Source of the DNA: a virus | Virus record (IMG/VR): IMGVR_UViG_3300031414_000009 | Coordinates: 64,001-128,000 of that record | Direction: 5' to 3' (one strand) | Length of the DNA stretch: 64,000 nucleotides | In this document: piece by piece, positions 57,582 to 64,000 of the stretch | Numbering within the stretch: the stretch's first letter is position 1 | How the letters are laid out: the number at the start of each line of letters is the position of its first letter | Translations under genes and position numbers: made by a program | Notes under the pieces: generated by a model | What the model was told of the DNA's origin: nothing | The model's database searches: none | What the model saw: only the letters and a program-made list of their open reading frames with translations

Positions 57582-57788
57582 TTACGCCGCGATATCGTTA
57601 GCCTGTTTCTCTTCTTCCACTTCCGCAGAATCAGTGAGGTGCAGCATCTGCTGCTCATCCAGGTGATCTACCAGCGCAGCGCTCAGAGCTTCACGCTCTT
57701 CTGCAACATTCAGGTCGACAGGTTTTTCTGGGCTGAAAGTACTCAGGAAACCGGTTACTGATTCTTTGATCTCGATTTTAGTTGACAT
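57582..57788 (-). CDS. Acidic microprotein ending in an ssrA-like tail (..KQANDIAA)
   Basis: GGAG RBS, 68 aa, strong codon bias. Confidence 0.7.
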   Translation of the reverse strand: MSTKIEIKESVTGFLSTFSPEKPVDLNVAEEREALSAALVDHLDEQQMLHLTDSAEVEEEKQANDIAA

Positions 57789-57882
57789 CGATACTGCTCC
57801 GATAGGTTAGAACGATTGAGTACGCCACCATTGGCGTACCCTTAACACAACGAACTGCTTACAGACCGCGTTTGGGTAAAGC

Positions 57883-58311
57883 TTAGCTCAGCGCTTCGGC
57901 GGCTTTTGCTTTCAGGTGTGCTTTGACAGAAGTCAGGTGCGCAGTTGCACGATACTTCACAGAGATCTGGCTGGTAGACATGCGACCGCCTTTACCATCA
58001 GATACTTCGACAGAGCGTTTGAAGCCCAGGTCGAGGTTCGCAGAACCCATTGGGATACGCGCCGCAGTAGCTTCCAGCTCTTTGCTGCCAGCCATTTTGT
58101 CAACAGACAGTTCACCCATTGCCAGGGCCGCTGCACACATAAAGGTATTGTCGTTCTTCTCATATGCCTTACGGCCTTCGAGAGTCAGACCTTCAGCCAG
58201 GTTACGCTCGTAAGCGTCGGCTGCGAATACCGGGGAACCGTCTTCTGCGTAGGTCACGTCAGTTTTCAGGTTGTCTGCTACGTTACGTACTGCGTCTTTA
58301 ATAGTGCTCAT
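57883..58311 (-). CDS. Hypothetical protein, probably highly expressed
   Basis: 142 aa, GGAG RBS, strong codon bias. Confidence 0.75.
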   Translation of the reverse strand: MSTIKDAVRNVADNLKTDVTYAEDGSPVFAADAYERNLAEGLTLEGRKAYEKNDNTFMCAAALAMGELSVDKMAGSKELEATAARIPMGSANLDLGFKRSVEVSDGKGGRMSTSQISVKYRATAHLTSVKAHLKAKAAEALS

Positions 58312-58400
58312 TATACTACTCCATTCGTTCAGTGTTGATAGTTCGGATTGGGATTACTTTTATAGCATACCCTCACTCTATACGTGGGGTATGTATTTTT

Positions 58401-58784
58401 TTACAGCGTTGACATACGAGTAGCCAGCTCCAGATGTGAGCATACACCGTACAAACGCAGATTGTGGATCTCTAACCCACCACAGGTTTCGACTTTGGCA
58501 ACGATCGGCTTCCATGATTCATGGATATCTTTAACCTGTGCTGCAAAGCGAGTTGAGGACACTGGGTGAATACCCACGATACCACGGTGGTCGTTGTTGT
58601 CTGCATAACCGACTACACCGTAGATACGACCTTCACGGAGTTCTTCACGTTCGATACCGAGAATGCCATATTCTTCTTTGACTACGTCCCCATTGCTCAG
58701 GGTAACGTCTACACGAATAGTAGACAGACTGAGGTGGCTGTTCCACTGGATAGATACGAAGTCAAGCTTTTGTGCATTTAACAT
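58401..58784 (-). CDS. Hypothetical early protein
   Basis: 127 aa, behind a TATATTAC promoter. Confidence 0.7.
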   Translation of the reverse strand: MLNAQKLDFVSIQWNSHLSLSTIRVDVTLSNGDVVKEEYGILGIEREELREGRIYGVVGYADNNDHRGIVGIHPVSSTRFAAQVKDIHESWKPIVAKVETCGGLEIHNLRLYGVCSHLELATRMSTL

Positions 58785-58823
58785 GGGGTCTTATTCCTTA
58801 TAGGAGTGGGTGTTAACACTAAG

Positions 58824-58840
58824 GTAATATATACTTGAAA
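58824..58840 (-). promoter_or_regulatory. Early promoter motif
   Basis: Minus strand TTTCAAGTATATATTAC. Confidence 0.75.
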
Positions 58841-59374
58841 TTACTTTGAGTCCGCAACGACCACCAGGCTGGATTCCATCGTGTTGATGCGAGCCTCTAG
58901 CTTCTCACGGAAAGTGATGGAGCCAATCGTCTCTTGCAGTGAGAGGCACTCTACAACGATCACAGGAACAACCAGAGAAACAAACCTGCGCGGGGTGACA
59001 CCACGCATCGGGTTGAACATGCGCATCTTGTAGAGCTTCCTGAACAGCTCTTTCGCCATCGGGTTAAACGCCAGCAGGTGAGCGCGGAGCTTTAACCATT
59101 CCAGCATAATGTCTACAGTCAATGCCAACACCCGCATCTTAGAGCTATCGCCATTATCTGCATACATAGCGTAGTGGCTTTCTAACGGAATCCGTGAAAG
59201 GATAACCCCAGGCTGAAACACGGTATCGCAGTGTGGTGCTGTGGTGGCCACTAATTGCTGACGAGTAGGTCTGCGCATACCCTTGCGATAGAGAGAACGA
59301 AATGTGGTGTAAATGTTCGTTACTAAGATAGTGACTTCAGACTCAAGGCTTGCGATGACGAGGTGGTTTGACAT
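58841..59374 (-). CDS. Hypothetical protein
   Basis: 177 aa ORF, AAGGA RBS. Confidence 0.65.
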   Translation of the reverse strand: MSNHLVIASLESEVTILVTNIYTTFRSLYRKGMRRPTRQQLVATTAPHCDTVFQPGVILSRIPLESHYAMYADNGDSSKMRVLALTVDIMLEWLKLRAHLLAFNPMAKELFRKLYKMRMFNPMRGVTPRRFVSLVVPVIVVECLSLQETIGSITFREKLEARINTMESSLVVVADSK

Positions 59375-59386
59375 TGGAGGTGTTCC

Positions 59387-60067
59387 TTATACTTGGCGAA
59401 CGAATATGTTGGTTTCAGACTCACGACGGATTTTATCTAACAACTGGTCGTCAGTGTAACCACTGCTTAAATAGTTAACGTAAACTTTGGCATCTACTAC
59501 AGCTACAATCTCATCGGGCATGACGCCATCAAGATAGCTACGGGTATAAACAAAACGGAGAGGGTCGTTCGATGACTCCATATAACTCAGAGTCTGACAC
59601 GCACGGTCAATAGCTTCCGCACAACGGCCAATTAAGAAGTCCAGTCCATCTTCTTGATCGTCAGACAGATCCCAGATCTCGCGGATAGCTGTCAGTATGT
59701 ACGCCAATGCAATCACTGCATCCAGCGATACACGACGGTTACGGAACTGTGCAAACTGACCACTTGGGTCACGACGTAATTCGTTCCACGCCGATTCATC
59801 ATTACGGATAAAGGCATGATAGGTTGCATGCAGCTTAGCCGGTGTGAATTGTTTAGCGATCAGCTCGAATGTGGGTGTTGCTAACATAGGCTCAGAGATA
59901 CCTGCGTTCAACATGAGGCTACGTAAGGCACGACCCGAGACAATCGGGAAGTCTTTACACGCAGTTTCAAAATCCCCCACCGCACGACGGATTGTATTGG
60001 TCCATTCCATTAAACCAACGTCGTGGTGGGGCTGCATCATGTGGGTTGGTTCAATAATGATCTGCAT
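59387..60067 (-). CDS. Hypothetical protein
   Basis: 226 aa ORF, AGGAG RBS. Confidence 0.7.
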   Translation of the reverse strand: MQIIIEPTHMMQPHHDVGLMEWTNTIRRAVGDFETACKDFPIVSGRALRSLMLNAGISEPMLATPTFELIAKQFTPAKLHATYHAFIRNDESAWNELRRDPSGQFAQFRNRRVSLDAVIALAYILTAIREIWDLSDDQEDGLDFLIGRCAEAIDRACQTLSYMESSNDPLRFVYTRSYLDGVMPDEIVAVVDAKVYVNYLSSGYTDDQLLDKIRRESETNIFVRQV

Positions 60068-60086
60068 TTCTTATTCTCCTTGAAAG

Positions 60087-60127
60087 GGCATAAAAGCCTC
60101 CCGAGAAGGAGGCTTTGTTTTTATGCC
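60087..60127. terminator. Symmetric terminator with TTTTATGCC on both strands
   Basis: GGCATAAAAGCCTCC-CGAGAA-GGAGGCTTTGTTTTTATGCC. Confidence 0.8.
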
Positions 60128-60879
60128 GAAGTAATATCGGTTATCTTTTTCCAGCGCGATAAAAGATCAGCGCTTCCTGCGATTGCTTCATCGCCTGGGC
60201 TAGTCTGGTTGAATACCCAGTTAGCAGCCGCCAGCGGCTCTGTGCCGCCTTTAGTGATCCAGGTGGCCATAGCACCAGCATCGTAGAACACTGTCTCACG
60301 GTTCTCGTTAGCGAGGCTTGTGAGGGCAGATACAAATACGTTACCTGTTGGCTGCAATGGATCATTGTGTCGCAGGATAACAATAGCCACATACGTTACG
60401 TGACGAAGGAGAGCACGCAGGATACCAGAGTTCTCAATGCCCACTGGTGTACCCTTATTCTCTTCTTCCTGAATCAACGTCTTAATGCCCAACATCGCCA
60501 TCGCCAGTGCCGGGTAGTTAATCGGGTCCTGGTTAAAGGTGTAGCCAATGCGAGGAGGTAAATACGTCGCACGGTTGCTGATGTAAGACATATTGTAGCC
60601 GTAGAGAATATTTAAAAACACGGCTTCGATATAAGAGTCAGGAATGTCACGTAAATTGGCAATCGGAATAGGGTTGAGTGGATCAGCCCCTGCGATGCGT
60701 TGACGCCATTCGTCGGCAGAGAAGTCAATCTCCCACGTTACTTCAGGCAGTGGCTCTAGTGGCTTCGTATACGTACCGATACCGGCAGTATCTACGCCAC
60801 CATCCCAGAATTTGAAATAGTCCTGTGGAACCAGCGCCAACGCACCGAAAACATCAGTGCTTTTTCGGTAGATATACAT
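60121..60879 (-). CDS. Hypothetical phiKZ-like protein next to the prohead protease
   Basis: 252 aa; promoter motif at 60895-60911. Confidence 0.7.
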   Translation of the reverse strand: MYIYRKSTDVFGALALVPQDYFKFWDGGVDTAGIGTYTKPLEPLPEVTWEIDFSADEWRQRIAGADPLNPIPIANLRDIPDSYIEAVFLNILYGYNMSYISNRATYLPPRIGYTFNQDPINYPALAMAMLGIKTLIQEEENKGTPVGIENSGILRALLRHVTYVAIVILRHNDPLQPTGNVFVSALTSLANENRETVFYDAGAMATWITKGGTEPLAAANWVFNQTSPGDEAIAGSADLLSRWKKITDITSA

Positions 60880-60894
60880 CCAGCTTACCTATTA

Positions 60895-60911
60895 GTAATG
60901 TGTATTTGAAA
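60895..60911 (-). promoter_or_regulatory. Early promoter motif
   Basis: Minus strand TTTCAAATACACATTAC. Confidence 0.6.
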
Positions 60912-60920
60912 AACTGATGA

Positions 60921-61700
60921 TTACCAGCGAGTAGAGCCACCAACTGGGAACACGAGTTCGCCGCGATTAGGCTTGCGTGCACCGATGTCCAGGATGATGC
61001 TCTTGGCCACGTTGTTCGCAGACTCATTACCCATCTGTGCATTCTGACGACGTTCAACGAGTTCGTCCAACATGTCACGAGAGATAACGATTTCCGGACC
61101 ACTGTGTGCTTCAAGACCTGGTGCGTTCCACTTCTTCGCCAGATAGATACCCGGCTCATTAACGTGGTCGTATGTGATAACAGCACGGACTTCTTTTTCA
61201 AGACGACCATTGCGGTAGTTATCATCAGTCAGGCTACGGATAGACTGACACGCATTGGCACGTGGAGTTTCCAGTGCATCAATCAGTGCGCCTTTCTTAT
61301 CGCCAAAAGGTTTGACCTTGCCTAAGATGGCAATGATCGGTTGACCATCGCGACCACGGAACAGACCATCGTCTGCCCAAAGATCTGCGATGTGCTGGCA
61401 AACGTTTGGCTCGTAGATGTCCATGATGCGATTCATGAACTGACGATCATTCATGCCGGGTTGCATACGCGGATGACCCAGCTCACCACGCAGGGCACCG
61501 TCTAACACGCGGCGCTGGAATGCGCTCGTCTTAGCAAACAGTGCCTGTACGTTACGCGACCACGGGTACCATGCCTCACCGGAGTTGTGAACGTTAAAGC
61601 CGCCCATTACCATGGTATAAAAACCATCGGCATCAGGCTTCATCACGCCGGACTTGTTGGTACCTTGCAGTGCGGTACAACCATAACGAAAGAGTTCCAT
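60921..61700 (-). CDS. Prohead (head maturation) protease, phiKZ gp175-like
   Basis: LRGELGHP (catalytic His), QSIRS (catalytic Ser), TYDHVNEPGI; C-terminal GLE/GNE candidate autocleavage sites. Confidence 0.9.
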   Translation of the reverse strand: MELFRYGCTALQGTNKSGVMKPDADGFYTMVMGGFNVHNSGEAWYPWSRNVQALFAKTSAFQRRVLDGALRGELGHPRMQPGMNDRQFMNRIMDIYEPNVCQHIADLWADDGLFRGRDGQPIIAILGKVKPFGDKKGALIDALETPRANACQSIRSLTDDNYRNGRLEKEVRAVITYDHVNEPGIYLAKKWNAPGLEAHSGPEIVISRDMLDELVERRQNAQMGNESANNVAKSIILDIGARKPNRGELVFPVGGSTRW

Positions 61701-61701
61701 G

Positions 61702-62424
61702 CTACAACCTCAGAAGTTTCTCAAATCCTTCCAAACGGACAGCGGGGTTAACCAGCGCCGAGGCGAGTGCGTCACGGAAGTAACTACCCATCAGTTTGGT
61801 CGTGGTATTGGTCGCTTGCGCCTGGATATTACGGAAAGCTACAAACGCAGGGTTTGTGCGATCCAGTTCTTGTTTGCTACTCACCGATTGACGGAGGTAG
61901 CGATTTCGTTGGTTGGGGTCACGCGCCATAACTGCGGCCAACATCTCAAAGATAGCATGGTTGGTGTGCAGGTTCAGGTTTGCGTAATCCTTGGACGTAT
62001 CGAAAATACGACCAATGTCAACGTAACTCATATACCAAGGCACTCGACCTTTAGCAATGAATTCGTTGTAGATCTGGTATGGGAGTTTGTTATCACACAC
62101 CATCGCAGTATTTGGGATGACTACCGCGCCGGGTTCAAAAGTGAACTCCAGATATTTCGTGTCCCCATAAGTGCGCTCACCTACCGTTGTGGGTGACAGA
62201 CGTAACATAGAGTCTACTAATGAAACTCCGTAGTACTTGTCGCCAACCACCACAGCAAAGATAGCGAGTGTAAAAGCACTACCCACGAAGTTAGCCAGTT
62301 GTTTTTCAACGTAGCGTTTCGGGATAATGATCTTACACCCTTCCTTAGTGATATACTGGTTGCCCTGCTTCACTAAGTTACCATGCACTTTGGAGGCGTC
62401 ACGAACAAGACCTGTGTAATCCAT
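61702..62424 (-). CDS. Virion RNA polymerase beta-prime C-terminal subunit (phiKZ gp176-like)
   Basis: Adjacent to the protease; HAIFEMLAAVMAR and SYFRDALASALV...LEGFEKL echo the beta-prime C-terminal motifs KHIEVIVRQMLR and SFQETTRVLTEAA...LRGLKEN. Confidence 0.75.
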   Translation of the reverse strand: MDYTGLVRDASKVHGNLVKQGNQYITKEGCKIIIPKRYVEKQLANFVGSAFTLAIFAVVVGDKYYGVSLVDSMLRLSPTTVGERTYGDTKYLEFTFEPGAVVIPNTAMVCDNKLPYQIYNEFIAKGRVPWYMSYVDIGRIFDTSKDYANLNLHTNHAIFEMLAAVMARDPNQRNRYLRQSVSSKQELDRTNPAFVAFRNIQAQATNTTTKLMGSYFRDALASALVNPAVRLEGFEKLLRL

Positions 62425-62440
62425 AACGCCTTCCTTTTAG

Positions 62441-63898
62441 TTACTTGCGAATCAGCTGGTCAGCAACCCACTGGCAGATGTAAACCTTGGCACCGTGGTA
62501 AGCGGCCACACGTGGGCTACAACCTGGGTTCTCCTGCATGTACGCATCGGTAGCGATCAGCAGGTCCAGTGTCTGATAACGAGCGTACAGGACGCCAGCG
62601 ACCAGATAACGAACATGCTCGTACATGTCGGCAGCAGTAAACTCGCGCGCTTCCGCGTAAGTCTTGATTGCTTCCCACAGAATTTCCGGTGAGGTACCCA
62701 GCTCAGACAGGTCCAGGCTGTTTACCAGTTTACCGAGTTCAGTGTAGGCAACAGAACGGGCAGTGTCAGAGAGACGACCCAGTGCATTGTTACGGAAACT
62801 TTCAACCTGCTTAGCCCATGCGGCATTCAGTGCTTCGGCATTAGCCAGAACAACATCAGCAGTACGTGGACCAGTAAAGCCAGGCAACGTGGTCGCGAAC
62901 AGCAGCTCAGGATAACCTTCTTTATCCAGGAATGCGTTGTACACACGGTCCAGGATTGGGAACTCGTTTGGTGCCACAGCTACGCCTTGACGCAGGGTAG
63001 TAGGCAGATCCAGACGACCACTTGCGATGTGCTGTGCGATATCGCTGAGCAGCATGTGGTAGGTAGCACCCAGGCCAGCTTGCGCGTTAACCACGGCTTC
63101 GTTCCAGTAGTCAATAGACACAGGAGTATTGGCCGGTGGGTTATCATGCAGGTTGTTCAGGATGATACACGCGATAGCCAGCGGAGGCAACGCGAATACG
63201 TTACGACGGATGAATGGGGTAGCCCCACTGAAGTCAACCAGACGAGTGTAGCCATTGCTAACGTCATCGTTGTGTGTCAGTGAGCCACGCAACAGGTCGT
63301 TGACCAGTTCATCGATGTAACCGTCAGGATAGCCAGCCAGGAAGTCCAGCACCTGTGCGTTGGTGTCAGCACTACCGGTTTCCAGCAGTACCTTCAGTTG
63401 ATCACCAGTTAAAGTAGGCAGGTCGGTAATAAAGGACAGGTTGGTCGGAGTATCTTTGTATTGAGCAAAGAGTTCGCTTACTGTGACGGAGGCAGCCAAC
63501 GGATGGATTTTAAACTCACGTACGTCGTTGGTTGGGGTCAATGCACGGTCAACCGATTTAACGATAGCGTCAACAGTTGAGGCAATGGCCGGTACGACTA
63601 CGTTACGTGCTTTCTCGATGGTCTTTTCCATCTGAGCAGCACCCTGGGAAACCAGACCTTCAACAATCATCTCGTGACTGGTAGAGATCTGACTGGTTTC
63701 TTCAACCGCTTCAAGGATAGCAACCGTACCATCCTGCGCATCACCAACGATCTCGATGAGTTCTTCATTGACCACAGGTGCACTGTTTACGGCCAGATCG
63801 TCGAGTGGGCTGTCGTCCATTGCTTCCAGACCCACGCCACGGCGAATCATGTTAGCAACAACAGGACGTACAGCAGTAGTTACATTCTTACGCAACAT
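62441..63898 (-). CDS. Virion head protein (phiKZ gp177 position)
   Basis: Start moved to MLRKNV after AGGAGG; synteny; acidic N-terminus with a GLE site. Confidence 0.65.
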   Translation of the reverse strand: MLRKNVTTAVRPVVANMIRRGVGLEAMDDSPLDDLAVNSAPVVNEELIEIVGDAQDGTVAILEAVEETSQISTSHEMIVEGLVSQGAAQMEKTIEKARNVVVPAIASTVDAIVKSVDRALTPTNDVREFKIHPLAASVTVSELFAQYKDTPTNLSFITDLPTLTGDQLKVLLETGSADTNAQVLDFLAGYPDGYIDELVNDLLRGSLTHNDDVSNGYTRLVDFSGATPFIRRNVFALPPLAIACIILNNLHDNPPANTPVSIDYWNEAVVNAQAGLGATYHMLLSDIAQHIASGRLDLPTTLRQGVAVAPNEFPILDRVYNAFLDKEGYPELLFATTLPGFTGPRTADVVLANAEALNAAWAKQVESFRNNALGRLSDTARSVAYTELGKLVNSLDLSELGTSPEILWEAIKTYAEAREFTAADMYEHVRYLVAGVLYARYQTLDLLIATDAYMQENPGCSPRVAAYHGAKVYICQWVADQLIRK

Positions 63899-64000
63899 TT
63901 CCTGCCTCCTGTACTGCAATGTTAGCCATAGCGTTCGCACCGCGATTCAAGCAGGCGTTCAGCTGGATAGCAACATCAGACTCGATGTCACGTGGGCCAT
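63888..64000 (-). CDS. 3' end of an upstream gene (partial)
   Basis: Open frame ...GPRDIESDVAIQLNACLNRGANAMANIAVQEAGNVA* overlapping the next start. Confidence 0.55.
   Translation of the reverse strand, partial: GPRDIESDVAIQLNACLNRGANAMANIAVQEAGNVA

Noticed and set aside
57190-57880. tmRNA, suggested by the ANDIAA frame followed by structured RNA
   Set aside because: No alanyl-tRNA-like acceptor stem or GGTTCRANTCC T-arm found, and the ANDIAA frame has its own RBS and ATG
1-64000. CRISPR array, tRNA genes, integrase, transposase, chimallin
   Set aside because: No regularly spaced repeats, cloverleafs or matching motifs seen by eye; nucleus formation is inferred from PhuZ and gene order, not from a shell gene in this window

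Overview
This 64 kb window is part of a phiKZ-like (Chimalliviridae-type) jumbo myophage genome, probably infecting a gammaproteobacterium. Core genes recognised: PhuZ tubulin, large terminase, three virion genes, tail sheath and tube (phiKZ gp25-gp30 order), the gp175-type prohead protease with its neighbouring virion RNA polymerase beta-prime C-terminal subunit, a SNF2-type helicase, a lytic transglycosylase, and an array of nine paralogous tail/baseplate-type genes. Between these lie minus-strand accessory genes preceded by a repeated early-promoter motif (TTTYARATAYAYWNNAY; best copies end TATATTAC) and bounded by hairpin-TTT(T)ATGC(C) terminators. Accessory enzymes include a BCS1-like membrane AAA ATPase, an orphan QueC-family protein, an HD phosphohydrolase, a transglutaminase-like protein, a MazG fusion and an SspB adaptor. 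Best leads: (1) a ~370-nt densely helical non-coding RNA at 57209-57577, directly behind a microprotein ending in an ssrA-like tail (ANDIAA); (2) a possible phage SspB/ClpXP degron circuit, including a helicase whose degron-like tail lies just beyond a prohead-protease site; (3) a 27-bp promoter repeated three times, each copy heading small hydrophobic helical-hairpin proteins; (4) a nucleoside-deoxyribosyltransferase-like domain in the propeptide position of a head protein. No tRNA, CRISPR array, integrase or chimallin gene was seen. All calls come from reading motifs by eye; no searches or folding programs were run. Several starts were moved to RBS-supported ATGs.
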